DNA from: a virus | Direction: 5' to 3' (one strand) | Length of the DNA stretch: 64,000 nucleotides | Virus record (IMG/VR): IMGVR_UViG_3300045988_100041 | Shown: in pieces, positions 8,597 to 17,611 of the stretch | Layout of the letters: each line of letters opens with the position of its first letter | Numbering within the stretch: position 1 is the stretch's first letter | The notes under the pieces: generated by a model | Told to the model about the DNA's origin: nothing | The model's database searches: none | What the model saw: the letters and a program-made list of their open reading frames with translations, nothing else | Program-made: the position numbers and the translations under genes

Positions 8597-9186
8597 ACGT
8601 AATTGAGATGGCAAACAAGATGGTAGCAGAGAAAGGAAATGGTTCCGGGAAATCCTCGGATTACTGGAATGGCTTCCAGTGCGGCGCACTGATGCAGAAA
8701 GACGAGGATTACTGCGATTTAAGAGACGCAGTTGTATCTCGGATTTTAAAGGGAGCAAAGGTTGAGGACGGTAGAATCAAGATCGTTCTTGAAGAAGGCG
8801 CAACGATGCCTGCATATGCGCACGAGGATGATGCCGGCATGGATTTAATCTCCATGGAAATGAATATGATCCCGGCACATGGAAGGGAAACATTCAAAAC
8901 GGGCGTTCATATGGCGATTCCATCCGGATATTTTGGAGCGATTCGCGCAAAGAGTGGGCTTCTGCGCAAGCATGGCATTATCTGCTCCGGGACGGTCGAC
9001 TGCTCCTACACGGGAGAGATCATGGTCACGCTGGTCAACACGAGCAGCAAAAATTATCAGGTTTTTAAGGGTGATAAGATCGCACAGATGATCTTGATTC
9101 CGTACCACCATGCAGAGTTTGTGCAGGTGGAAAAACTCGATGAAACCGAGCGTGGAGATAACGGTTTCGGGAGCACTGGGCGATGA
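8593..9186 (+). CDS. dut: dUTP diphosphatase (trimeric type)
   Basis: Motifs DDAGMDL, IRAKSGL, GTVDCSYTGEI and ERGDNGFGSTGR. Confidence 0.85.
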   Translation: MNVIEMANKMVAEKGNGSGKSSDYWNGFQCGALMQKDEDYCDLRDAVVSRILKGAKVEDGRIKIVLEEGATMPAYAHEDDAGMDLISMEMNMIPAHGRETFKTGVHMAIPSGYFGAIRAKSGLLRKHGIICSGTVDCSYTGEIMVTLVNTSSKNYQVFKGDKIAQMILIPYHHAEFVQVEKLDETERGDNGFGSTGR

Positions 9187-9422
9187 GCGTTCAAAAGATG
9201 ACCCCGGAAGAGTTTTCAAGGTTTCGGAGGTTGTTTATTGAAGCACTTGGAACGTATACAGGAAAAGATCTTGTGCCTGTAGATCGGATTGACTTTGGGG
9301 AAAAGGCGCCGTTTAAAGAAAGAATAGACGTCCGGCAGGTAGCCGGCGGACAGGGAACAACATTCAAAGAGATTCCGCGCGGAGAGTGGAGTTTGATTCA
9401 GACGATGCAAGGGGGAAGATGA
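9183..9422 (+). CDS. hypothetical protein
   Basis: Track ORF. ATG overlaps the dut stop. Confidence 0.5.
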   Translation: MSVQKMTPEEFSRFRRLFIEALGTYTGKDLVPVDRIDFGEKAPFKERIDVRQVAGGQGTTFKEIPRGEWSLIQTMQGGR

Positions 9423-9587
9423 ATGGAAGAATCGAAGCAGCGAGACGAAATTGTGTTGGAGGCGCTGGAACGGAACATCAAGGAAGCACCGAGGTATGGG
9501 GTATGCTGCGACGTGTTTGTGGCGCTGCTTTCTGAGTTTCAACGGGTTATGGACGAGCGGGACGCGCTGATTGCGAAGGGAGCTTGA
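9423..9587 (+). CDS. small hypothetical protein (54 aa, below the track cutoff)
   Basis: Hand-translated as MEESKQRDEIVLEALERNIKEAPRYGVCCDVFVALLSEFQRVMDERDALIAKGA. It fills the gap exactly between neighbouring genes. Confidence 0.35.
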   Translation: MEESKQRDEIVLEALERNIKEAPRYGVCCDVFVALLSEFQRVMDERDALIAKGA

Positions 9588-9588
9588 G

Positions 9589-9801
9589 ATGGACTACGCC
9601 GAACGTGTGACAGCGTTTTTTGAAAGCTTCCTTGATATTCCGAAGGAGCCGTATTACTATATTTCAGGGAAAAAACTGCGCCGTGAAACATATATGGAAT
9701 TTGTTTCACAGCTACTGCAGGAGCATGTGTTTGAAAGCTACGACGATATGCGGAAAGACGCACTGATGGAGTATGACGTTGTGCTTCCAGCGATATTATA
9801 A
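9589..9801 (+). CDS. hypothetical protein
   Basis: Internal ATG of track ORF 9571..9801. Last gene before the att region. Confidence 0.45.
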   Translation: MDYAERVTAFFESFLDIPKEPYYYISGKKLRRETYMEFVSQLLQEHVFESYDDMRKDALMEYDVVLPAIL

Positions 9802-9868
9802 ATCGGCACGAAAATCGACACGTATGAAAAACGCTAGTGTTTTCAATGGATTTGCGTTTTTGTGTGAA

Positions 9869-9893
9869 GGTTCAAGTCCCGCCTCGCGCACCA
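9869..9893 (+). other. tRNA 3'-end fragment (att core candidate)
   Basis: GGTTCAAGTCCCGCCTCGCGCACCA reads as T-loop, 3' T-stem, 3' acceptor strand, discriminator A and CCA. The bases upstream cannot form the T-stem or an acceptor 5' strand. Confidence 0.7.
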
Positions 9894-9901
9894 GAAAAAG
9901 G

Positions 9902-9936
9902 AAGCCCACAATCCGTTGAGATTGCGGGCTTTTCTT
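9902..9936 (+). terminator. hairpin plus T-rich tail after the tRNA fragment
   Basis: AAGCCCACAATC/GATTGCGGGCTT stem (11 of 12 bp) followed by TTCTTG. Confidence 0.5.
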
Positions 9937-10063
9937 GTATTATCAATGGTTTCAGGGATTTTTGAGCAGAAAATATATTTTCTTTTTCGTAAAGAAATTT
10001 TCTCTTTAGAAAGCGTTTTTTGCACGAAAATCGGCACAAAAATCGGCACGGATTTTCAGAGCC

Positions 10064-11188
10064 TTATTCGGCATCCACGTTGTATATTCCCTCATAGAAC
10101 CGCTCCATTTCCATAGAATGAATGTCTCGTTCCTTTTGAGATTCTTGGATGTAGTAATCGTGAACGATATTCACATCATCCCATCCGCCAATCTCCATAG
10201 TCCGCTGCTCAGTCCAGCCGAGATGATAGGCGAGGGAAGCAAAAGACCTGCGCAGACCATGCACGCCCACTTTTGGAAGATCATTTTCTTGGCAGACACG
10301 GTTTATCTGACTCCATATCGTATTGGGGTTGCAGGTAACAAGCTTGGTCCGATCCTTTGGGATGATCTCAAGAAGCCTCGGAATGATAATAGGAACGCTT
10401 CTGGTTGAGGTCTGCGTCTTGTTTGTTTCCTTGTGAACAAGCTGGTTGTTTTCGTCGTATACGGTTGCTCCGGATACGCGAATGTAGCTGATTTTTCCAC
10501 TTGGAGATATAATGATGTCGCTTCGATCTAAGTCTATGATTTCTGAGCGGCGAAGAGAATGCAGACCAAGAAGCGCAGGGAGTTCACACGGCTTTCCTTT
10601 GATTGCTTTGATGAATAGCGGAATCTGCTCATAATCCAAGTATGGCTGCCCGCCTTTTTTGAACTTCGGAAGTTGGACATTTGGCGGGTCTACGCCGGCA
10701 AAACGCATTGCAGTTGAAACAACTGTCCAGCGGTTGCAAACTGTCTTTGGGGCGACAATGGATGTCTCGCGGCTGATCGCCATCTGCCAATCGATAGGCT
10801 TTGAAAGATCGCAGTCCATATATTCTTTAAATGCGTTGCGCTGAACCGTTCCGTATTCCCGTATTGTAGATGGGGAGACAATGCCTTTCTTTTCTTCCAT
10901 CATCTTTGAGATGGCTTGTCGGCAGGTTATCTTTGGCAAGCTCTTCTTTGATTCAATAAATCCTGCGCGTATGGCCTTTGCTTTTGATATGCAAAGGTCT
11001 TTTGTTTTTTCGGTGATACTTTGCTTCTCTGCGTCCAGATAAATCCGCCAGCTGCCGCTTGGAAGCTTCTTTGGGGTTGGAACCTTGATTTCGTCTTTCT
11101 TCTTTCGCTCTTTGAGAAGCTTTTCCCCACACCAGTTGCAGAAGATGGAGTTTTCCGGGACAGTTCTGCCACAAAACTTACATTCCAT
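10064..11188 (-). CDS. int: tyrosine integrase with N-terminal zinc ribbon
   Basis: CKFCG...CNWCG at the N-terminus. C-terminal HSLRRSE, HGLRRSFASLA and VHDYY recombinase-like residues. ATG chosen inside track ORF 10064..11326. Confidence 0.9.
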   Translation of the reverse strand: MECKFCGRTVPENSIFCNWCGEKLLKERKKKDEIKVPTPKKLPSGSWRIYLDAEKQSITEKTKDLCISKAKAIRAGFIESKKSLPKITCRQAISKMMEEKKGIVSPSTIREYGTVQRNAFKEYMDCDLSKPIDWQMAISRETSIVAPKTVCNRWTVVSTAMRFAGVDPPNVQLPKFKKGGQPYLDYEQIPLFIKAIKGKPCELPALLGLHSLRRSEIIDLDRSDIIISPSGKISYIRVSGATVYDENNQLVHKETNKTQTSTRSVPIIIPRLLEIIPKDRTKLVTCNPNTIWSQINRVCQENDLPKVGVHGLRRSFASLAYHLGWTEQRTMEIGGWDDVNIVHDYYIQESQKERDIHSMEMERFYEGIYNVDAE

Positions 11189-11360
11189 TTTGAAGCTCCT
11201 CCAACGCGCAGATCGCGGCGTCGCGCTCTTGCATAATACGAAGAAATTCCTGCTTGAGAACATAGAACTGCTCGGCGCAGAGTCCGAACTGCGGCGCGAG
11301 CTTGATATTTTCGTCCAGCGCGTCAAGAACGACCTGATCGCGCTCAGTTGGTGATTTCAT
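11178..11360 (-). CDS. small hypothetical protein (possible excisionase or regulator)
   Basis: ATG follows CAGGAGAAAAATT. Overlaps the integrase start by 11 nt. 60 aa. Confidence 0.4.
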   Translation of the reverse strand: MKSPTERDQVVLDALDENIKLAPQFGLCAEQFYVLKQEFLRIMQERDAAICALEELQNGM

Positions 11361-11401
11361 AATTTTTCTCCTGAAAATTTGAGTATGTGCGCAGAAAAAG
11401 C

Positions 11402-12037
11402 CTATGGCTTTGGTGTTGATTTTCGATAGCGGATAAGAACTCTGGCAATGATAACCGTGACAGTTATAGCAGATAGGATCAGAAGCAAAACGAAGATCCA
11501 TGCAAAAAAGCCTAGGTTTCCGAACTGGATCAAGCCGGCGTTCCGGATATCGGAGTCAATAATCAGGTAAACGACGAGCGAAAAGGAAAGAACAGCGCAT
11601 AGCGCGATCAGGACATAGATGACTGGGGTTTTGATGGACAGCTGCTGATAAAGAAGATCAGACTTTTCTTTCTGATGCGCGGCTTCGTCCTGCGCAAGAT
11701 GAAGATCACCGCGAAGTCGGTTCAACTCTGCGTCCTTCTTCGCAGAGGAAAGCTCAATGCTGTGGATGGATTCTTGAAGGACAGAGGAATCTTCTGCGTC
11801 AGGAGAAAGCCCCATCAGCTCGTTCAGGGACATGCCCATTGTGTCGGCAAAGGCTGCGGCGTTGAAAAGAAGTGGGTTTGACTGAGAACCGGAATTGACA
11901 CGGCTGGTGTTGGAGTAAGGAACGCCGGAACGTTCGGAAAGTTCATTTACGGTAAGACCGAGTTCAAGTCGTCTCTGCTTGATGCGCCCACAATAGGCTT
12001 CAAAATATGGCGATAGTTTTTCCATTGATGTCTGCAT
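11402..12037 (-). CDS. membrane-anchored XRE-family HTH protein
   Basis: N-terminal HTH LGLTVNELSERSGVPYSNTSRVNSG, a central coiled segment and two C-terminal hydrophobic spans. ATG 7 nt after GGAGG. Confidence 0.7.
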   Translation of the reverse strand: MQTSMEKLSPYFEAYCGRIKQRRLELGLTVNELSERSGVPYSNTSRVNSGSQSNPLLFNAAAFADTMGMSLNELMGLSPDAEDSSVLQESIHSIELSSAKKDAELNRLRGDLHLAQDEAAHQKEKSDLLYQQLSIKTPVIYVLIALCAVLSFSLVVYLIIDSDIRNAGLIQFGNLGFFAWIFVLLLILSAITVTVIIARVLIRYRKSTPKP

Positions 12038-12485
12038 GATACGCCTCCATAAAAAAATGTTCGATTCAGGTCTGAAAAATGCGATTTGAGATAGGCATTT
12101 CGCAAAACAGGGGAGAGATTCGCAAACTGGAAAGTGGACTGCTCAAAAAGATTCTGCTACGATGGAAGCGCAGCAGATGGGCAGTATAAGGGTGCTTCTG
12201 CTATGGGTTTTGTCGTCTCTGGCACAGGCGGCAGAACCGTTTCACAAACGTTGTGTCCAATAACAAGTCCTAATTGGGTTGGAATGGCGTAGAAAAATGA
12301 AAGAAAAATTTGTGAAAGATTCGGAATTGAATTTATCGAACATAAGTTCTAAGATAAATAAGCTACGAAACACAGCGGAACACGAAAACATAGGAGGGAT
12401 GAAAAAGTGGGAAATCCGGTAATGCGAAAAGAAGTTGACCAGGAGTTTGCAGAGATTTTGAAGAAGATGACGCAAAGCCAGAAAG

Positions 12486-12833
12486 TTAGTCTTCGGAAGA
12501 AGCTAAAAGACCTCTTGCAAAATCCTTTATACGCTGACGACCGAGATCGTTGAGCCGCAGGTAAAGCTCAATCAGCTCCGGATCGTCGATTGCCCCGGCA
12601 TTGGAAACAGTGCCGGGGTTATTTTTTTGCGCATTTTGCGGGCGGCACATGAGTTCGTCCTCTGAGACACCGAAATAATCGCAAAGAAGCAGGACGGTTC
12701 GCGGCTGTGGCATGGAAAGACCGGAAAGCCAGTTTCGGACGGTTGTCTGAGAACAATGGATGTCGTTTGCGACTTTGTAAGCAGATAGTTTCCTTTCCTT
12801 CATAAGTTGATCTAATTTTTGTGAAAATTCCAT
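12486..12833 (-). CDS. cI-like XRE-family repressor
   Basis: KLSAYKVANDIHCSQTTVRNWLSG HTH. Divergent from the Cro-like gene. Confidence 0.75.
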   Translation of the reverse strand: MEFSQKLDQLMKERKLSAYKVANDIHCSQTTVRNWLSGLSMPQPRTVLLLCDYFGVSEDELMCRPQNAQKNNPGTVSNAGAIDDPELIELYLRLNDLGRQRIKDFARGLLASSED

Positions 12834-12878
12834 AAAAAGACACCTCCAATTTTGGTTACAGGAATTACATCAGAACTG

Positions 12879-12907
12879 TTGCAAATACGCCATAAATGGT
12901 GTAAGAT
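12879..12907 (+). promoter_or_regulatory. candidate rightward early promoter
   Basis: TTGCAA (12879-12884), 17-nt spacer, TAAGAT (12902-12907). It overlaps operator-like repeat 1. Confidence 0.45.
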
Positions 12908-12965
12908 ATGGAGTATAAGCAACGCAAAGCAGAGGCGTAAACAACGAAAAATACGCCCGAAATGG
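12884..12965. repeat. two operator-like direct repeats in the switch region
   Basis: AATACGCCATAAATGG (12884-12899) and AATACGCCCGAAATGG (12950-12965). Confidence 0.45.
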
Positions 12966-13043
12966 ATGAATAAAATTCAATACTGTACGTTAAAATTTTA
13001 CTACTCCACTTTGCGCTTGTCAAGCTGTTTAAGGGGTGAAATT

Positions 13044-13262
13044 GTGAACATTTCGAGAAAATTGAAGGACTTAATGGAAATCAAGGGGGTTACGGCATAC
13101 AAGCTCGCAAAAGACATCGGGTGCTCGCAGACGTCCGTGCGAAATTGGCTGGACGGAAACGACCCGCATCCTTTCATGCTGGATAAGATCTCGTCGTACT
13201 TTGGCTGCTCAACATCTTCTCTGGAAGATACGGGAAGAGAACGCAGCCGGGGAAAGGGATGA
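13044..13262 (+). CDS. Cro-like XRE-family HTH protein
   Basis: GTG follows AAGGGGTGAAATT. GVTAYKLAKDIGCSQTSVRNWLDG is nearly a paralogue of the cI-like HTH. Confidence 0.7.
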   Translation: MNISRKLKDLMEIKGVTAYKLAKDIGCSQTSVRNWLDGNDPHPFMLDKISSYFGCSTSSLEDTGRERSRGKG

Positions 13263-13266
13263 TGGC

Positions 13267-13485
13267 ATGCCGTACATCAAAAAGAAAAACGAGTTCGACA
13301 AGGTTTCCAAATTGATTCGCGGATATGCAACGCCGCCGAAGATTGCGGAAATGATCGGATGCTCTGCGCCAACGGCAAGGAAGAAGCTGAACAATCCGCG
13401 GGAGTTTACGCTTGGAGAAATCCGGACGATCTGCTTGCGGGCGCATATTCCGGTTGAGGATATGAGAGGGGCGATGACGATATGA
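13267..13485 (+). CDS. small HTH-like protein
   Basis: PKIAEMIGCSAPTARKKLNNP. Internal ATG of track ORF 13201..13485. Confidence 0.5.
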   Translation: MPYIKKKNEFDKVSKLIRGYATPPKIAEMIGCSAPTARKKLNNPREFTLGEIRTICLRAHIPVEDMRGAMTI

Positions 13486-14126
13486 GTCTGGTCCGGGAAG
13501 AATTTCACGACCGGGAAAGCTGGCTGGAAGGGCGGCAGAGAATCGGAATCGGAGCAAGCGAAGCGGCGGCGGTATGCGGCATATCTTCCTGGATGACGCC
13601 AGTTGAACTCTGGAAGATCAAAACGGGGCAGAAAAAACCGAAGGACCTTTCCGGAAATCCGGCACCGGAAAGAGGACACAGATTAGAGCCGGCAGTTCGG
13701 GAGATCTTCGCGGCGCAGCATCCGGAACTCACGGTGGATTATCACGAGTTCGACATTTTGCATCAGGAGGAACGACCGTGGCTATTTGCAACGCTGGACG
13801 GAGAACTTCTGAAAGAAAACCGGGAGCGCGGCATTCTTGAAATCAAGACATCAGCGCCGGCGAACGCGGCAAAGTTTGCAGAGTGGAAGAATCAGATTCC
13901 ACCAGCTTATTACTGTCAGGTTTGTCATCAGATGGCGGCAACGGGATTTTCCTTTGTGATTCTCGCAGCGTGGCTGATGCTCTACTCGGGAGACAGAATC
14001 TACCGAGAATATGAGTTTAGGCGCGAGGACTGCGAAGAGGACGTTCAGTGGCTGATTGGGGAAGAAGAAAAATTCATGGGGTTTGTTGACAGAAGGCAGA
14101 TGCCGCCCATGAAAATAAGACTTTGA
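13482..14126 (+). CDS. YqaJ/lambda-Exo-like recombination exonuclease
   Basis: WLEGRQRIGIGASEAAAVCGISSWMTPVELWKIKTG ... LEIKT. Lies upstream of RecT. Confidence 0.8.
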   Translation: MSLVREEFHDRESWLEGRQRIGIGASEAAAVCGISSWMTPVELWKIKTGQKKPKDLSGNPAPERGHRLEPAVREIFAAQHPELTVDYHEFDILHQEERPWLFATLDGELLKENRERGILEIKTSAPANAAKFAEWKNQIPPAYYCQVCHQMAATGFSFVILAAWLMLYSGDRIYREYEFRREDCEEDVQWLIGEEEKFMGFVDRRQMPPMKIRL

Positions 14127-14141
14127 TACGGAGGTAAGAAA

Positions 14142-14384
14142 ATGTACGTAAAAGTAAAGTTTTTCAGAAAAAGCGCGAACGGTTACGTCGGAAATGCGTA
14201 TACCTACGAAACGGATCTGCCGCTTCGGGTGATGGACAGGGTAACAGTTCCGGCAGGAACGGGAAAGAACCGGGCAATTGTGACGGAGGTCAATGTGCCG
14301 CAGAGCGAGATTGACCCTGCGTATTTCCCGCTCAAGCGTATCACGGAATATGACAAGGAGGCGGCGGAAGATGGAAACAACTGA
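14142..14384 (+). CDS. hypothetical protein
   Basis: Track ORF in an operon context. Confidence 0.5.
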   Translation: MYVKVKFFRKSANGYVGNAYTYETDLPLRVMDRVTVPAGTGKNRAIVTEVNVPQSEIDPAYFPLKRITEYDKEAAEDGNN

Positions 14385-15279
14385 AATCCGCATGATTACA
14401 GACCTCGACAAAGCCGTGCCGCAGAGCATTGATTTTAACTTTGAGGAAGTCAAAGCATGGCTGTCTGAAAATCTGGCAGTATACCGGAACATGGTTGTCA
14501 CGGAAGATGCAATTGCCGCAGCCAAAACGGACAAGGCGAAAATCCGCAAAATCTCAAGCGCGATCTCTGAGCAGCGCATTGCAGTTAAGAAGCGGTATTT
14601 AGAACCGTATCAGGTTTTCGAGGCGAACATGAAAGAACTGTCCGGTATGTGCGACGAGGCGTCCAAGAATATCGACGACCAGCTCAAGAAATTCGAGGAA
14701 CAGCGCAAGGCGCAGAAACGAAATGATCTGCTTGCGTTTTATCAGACGCAGAACGCGCCGGCATGGCTGACGTTTGAGCGGATCGAGAACCCGAGATGGA
14801 TGAACGTGACGTTCTCGATGGATGAAGCACAGAAGGAAATCACGGAGAAAGTAAACGCCGTCAACGCGGACGTCGAGAGCATTTCCGGATTTGACGCGGA
14901 GTTTGCAGACGAGATGCTTCTGGAATACCGCAAGACGCTGAATGTATCCGGCGCGATTCAGCGCGGCAATGAACTGCGGCGCATGAAGCAGGAGAGAGAA
15001 CGCCGCAGAGCCGAGCAGGAAGCCGCAGAAAAGGCAAGAACGGCAGAACGGGAAGAAGCGGAACGCAGACGCGCAGAAGCGGCTATCGCGGCGAAGCAGG
15101 CGCGTGAGGCGGCTGAGATGGCAGAACAGGCAGAAGAACTGACGCAGGAGCCGGCAGAAGAACCGGTTCAGATTCTCGACTTCCGCGTCTATGTGACGCA
15201 GGAGCAGAAGATTGCGCTGCGTGACTGGCTGAAAGAGAACAAAATCCGTGTGACGCGGGTTCCGAGATATGAAGATTGA
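14371..15279 (+). CDS. DUF1351-like phage protein
   Basis: SIDFNFEEVKAWLSENLAVYRNMVVTEDAIAAAKTDKAKIRKI, followed by an ERRRAE-rich coil. Confidence 0.55.
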   Translation: METTEIRMITDLDKAVPQSIDFNFEEVKAWLSENLAVYRNMVVTEDAIAAAKTDKAKIRKISSAISEQRIAVKKRYLEPYQVFEANMKELSGMCDEASKNIDDQLKKFEEQRKAQKRNDLLAFYQTQNAPAWLTFERIENPRWMNVTFSMDEAQKEITEKVNAVNADVESISGFDAEFADEMLLEYRKTLNVSGAIQRGNELRRMKQERERRRAEQEAAEKARTAEREEAERRRAEAAIAAKQAREAAEMAEQAEELTQEPAEEPVQILDFRVYVTQEQKIALRDWLKENKIRVTRVPRYED

Positions 15280-15294
15280 CGGAGGGTATAACAG

Positions 15295-16314
15295 ATGAAT
15301 GCAAACAATCGGCTTGCACCGCAGGCAAAGAAAATGAGCTTTTCACAGGTCATCACATCAGACTCCATGCAGAAGATGATTGCAAAGTCCGTGCCAGACC
15401 AGAGAGCGGCGGCGCGGTTCACCGCAACACTGATTTCCGTTGTGAACTCGTCGGAAAAACTGAAAGAATGCGAGCCGCAGAGCGTTGTTGCAGCGGCGCT
15501 GCGCGGAGAAGGATACGGCCTGATTCTTGGACACGGCTACAGCATTGTGCCGTATGGGAGTGTGGCAACGTTTGTACTGCAGTACAAGGGCTACATTCAG
15601 CTTGCTATGAGCACAGGATTTTATGCGGACATTGACTGCAAGGAAGTTCGCGAAGGCGAGTACAAGGGAAGAAACAGACGAACCGGAAATGTCGAGGTGG
15701 ATTTCTCGGTCTACGAGACGGACGAAGAACGAGAGCAGCACCCGGTCGTCGGCTATTATGCTTATTTTGAACTCAAAGACGGGTATTTCCGCGCAGAGTA
15801 TATGAGCATCGATGCGCTTTTGAAGCATGCAGACCATTACTCGCCGGCATTTTCTCTGGAAACCTACAATAAGTTCATGGCGGGCGAACTGGACGAGAAG
15901 GAAGCGGCAAAGCTGAGAAAATCCTCGCCGTGGTATGACGTTTCCGGCGGTCAGGACGCCATGTTTAAGAAAACGGTGCTTCGCCGGATTCTTAACAGCG
16001 GCTACGCTCCGCTTGCAAATGAAGTAAGAGGCATGCTTGCGACAGATGATGACAGCGGCGTAGTTGCGAATATGCCTGTCATTGACGTGGATCGTGCAAC
16101 GGGAGAGGTTGTTGACGCGCCGAAGCTGGAAGAGGCGGCGCAGGACAATGATTTCTTTGAAAGCGCAGACGCGGTGGACGAAGAACTCAAAAAGCGCGAC
16201 GAGGCAAAAGCACCTGCATCGAAGGAAAAGAAGCAGAAAAAGAAAGCAGAAACCGCAAGGGAAGAACTGCCGATGGATGATACGGATTCCTTTTTTGGAG
16301 TGGATGAGGTATGA
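15295..16314 (+). CDS. recT: RecT-family single-strand annealing protein
   Basis: FTATLISVVNSSEKLKECEPQSVVAAALRGEGYGL ... QYKGYIQLAMSTG. Acidic/basic tail. Confidence 0.8.
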   Translation: MNANNRLAPQAKKMSFSQVITSDSMQKMIAKSVPDQRAAARFTATLISVVNSSEKLKECEPQSVVAAALRGEGYGLILGHGYSIVPYGSVATFVLQYKGYIQLAMSTGFYADIDCKEVREGEYKGRNRRTGNVEVDFSVYETDEEREQHPVVGYYAYFELKDGYFRAEYMSIDALLKHADHYSPAFSLETYNKFMAGELDEKEAAKLRKSSPWYDVSGGQDAMFKKTVLRRILNSGYAPLANEVRGMLATDDDSGVVANMPVIDVDRATGEVVDAPKLEEAAQDNDFFESADAVDEELKKRDEAKAPASKEKKQKKKAETAREELPMDDTDSFFGVDEV

Positions 16315-16883
16315 GACCGATCACAAGCAAGATTGTAAAAGACCCGAAAGACCCGAAGCGCGAGGTTTGCGAGACGATGGTGATTTGGGGCAAGGCGTCC
16401 AGAGATATGAAGCTGGAATATACCAAAGGCTCCGAGACATCTCCGCCAAAACCGAAGGTGACATTCGGCGTTTGCTACGAGGACAAGCGATTTATGAACG
16501 TCATATCCGTCGGGGAATGCCAACAGACCAATATCGCGCAGCGGGTAAAAAAGGGAGATTACGTCCTGATCGCCGGGAGATGGTCCAGCAAGGCATACAC
16601 GAACAAAAACGGGGAAAGCAAAACGTGGGACGAGCTGCGCATCGACTACATCGAAATTCTGAAAGACGGATTCCGGGAGGCAGTTTCTGACGCGATGGCA
16701 GACGCGCTTGCCAGCACGATGGAGCAGGGCTACTTCAAGGAAAAAGCGGATTTTACAAGAGCGTTCAACCGGGCATTCGTCGGCGCGTTCTGGGATCTGT
16801 GCCAGTCGATGCAGGCAGAGGAAGAACCGGAACCTGCAGAGGAAGAAACAGGGGAAGGCGCGGACTATGAACTGAGCATATGA
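16311..16883 (+). CDS. SSB-like OB-fold protein
   Basis: GDYVLIAGRWSSKAYTNKNGESKTWDELRIDYIEIL plus an acidic C-terminus EEEPEPAEEETGEGADYELSI. Confidence 0.45.
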   Translation: MRPITSKIVKDPKDPKREVCETMVIWGKASRDMKLEYTKGSETSPPKPKVTFGVCYEDKRFMNVISVGECQQTNIAQRVKKGDYVLIAGRWSSKAYTNKNGESKTWDELRIDYIEILKDGFREAVSDAMADALASTMEQGYFKEKADFTRAFNRAFVGAFWDLCQSMQAEEEPEPAEEETGEGADYELSI

Positions 16884-17272
16884 CGGAGGAAAGCATGGAA
16901 GAAATTAAAATCATCCTCCAAACAGCACCGAGAACGAAGAAAAATTCGCAGCAGATTTTCTTCAACAAGGCGACAGGGAAGCGAATGATCGTTCCATCCA
17001 AGCAGTACAAGGAGTATGAGCAGGCGTGCCTTTGGCAGATCCGCAGACCAAAAGAGCCGATCAGCCGGGCGGTCAACGTGAAATGCGTTTATTATATGCC
17101 GACACGCAGGAAGGTCGATTTATCCAACCTGATTGAAGCATCGCTTGATATTCTGGTACGCGCCGGCGTGCTGGAAGACGACAACTGCGACGTTGCGGCA
17201 GCGCACGACGGAAGCCGCGTCTACTACGACAAAGAGAACCCGAGAGCAGAAATTACGATCACGGAACTTTAG
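16880..17272 (+). CDS. rusA: RusA-family Holliday-junction resolvase
   Basis: PRTKKNSQQIF ... PSKQYKEYEQ ... DLSNLIEASLDILVRAGVLEDDN. Confidence 0.7.
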   Translation: MTEESMEEIKIILQTAPRTKKNSQQIFFNKATGKRMIVPSKQYKEYEQACLWQIRRPKEPISRAVNVKCVYYMPTRRKVDLSNLIEASLDILVRAGVLEDDNCDVAAAHDGSRVYYDKENPRAEITITEL

Positions 17273-17296
17273 AAATTGATTTTGGAGGCAGAAGTC

Positions 17297-17611
17297 ATGG
17301 AACGAACGATTCAGAGCATGGTCATTACAGCCGTTGTGCCTTGGAAAAGCATTTACAGGGAGGACACGGCGGCAGAAAAACATACGACGGATACGCAAGA
17401 AGAGATTGACTTCTGCCTCAACCACTGCCCGTATGCGAACACGGAATGCTGCAACTGCCTGTCCGGAGGAAAACCGGACACCCGGAAGAAGATTGACCTT
17501 GACCGGCTCAAAGAGATGCTTACGCTCAAAAGACCGAACGCGGAGATCTGCAAAGAACTGGGCGTTGACCGGGCGACCGTGTATCGCAACAGGAAGAAAC
17601 TTGGAATTTAA
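17297..17611 (+). CDS. small C-terminal HTH protein (possible regulator)
   Basis: Cys cluster CLNHCPYANTECCNC, then RPNAEICKELGVDRATVYRNRKKLG. Confidence 0.5.
   Translation: MERTIQSMVITAVVPWKSIYREDTAAEKHTTDTQEEIDFCLNHCPYANTECCNCLSGGKPDTRKKIDLDRLKEMLTLKRPNAEICKELGVDRATVYRNRKKLGI

Larger units (their letters stand above)
9800..10049. other. attP-like region (arm repeats - tRNA-derived core - arm repeats)
   Basis: AAAATCGGCAC-type direct repeats at 9800-9809, 9811-9821 (one mismatch), 10027-10037 and 10039-10049. They flank the tRNA 3' fragment and sit next to the integrase stop. Confidence 0.6.

Noticed and set aside
12242-12553. Track ORF 12242-12475 (minus) and two hand-found plus-strand mini-ORFs (12297-12422, 12422-12553) in the AT-rich gap.
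   Set aside because: The minus ORF has a Phe/Leu/Ser-rich junk-like composition. The plus mini-ORFs lack properly spaced ribosome-binding sites, and the second runs antisense into the cI-like gene.
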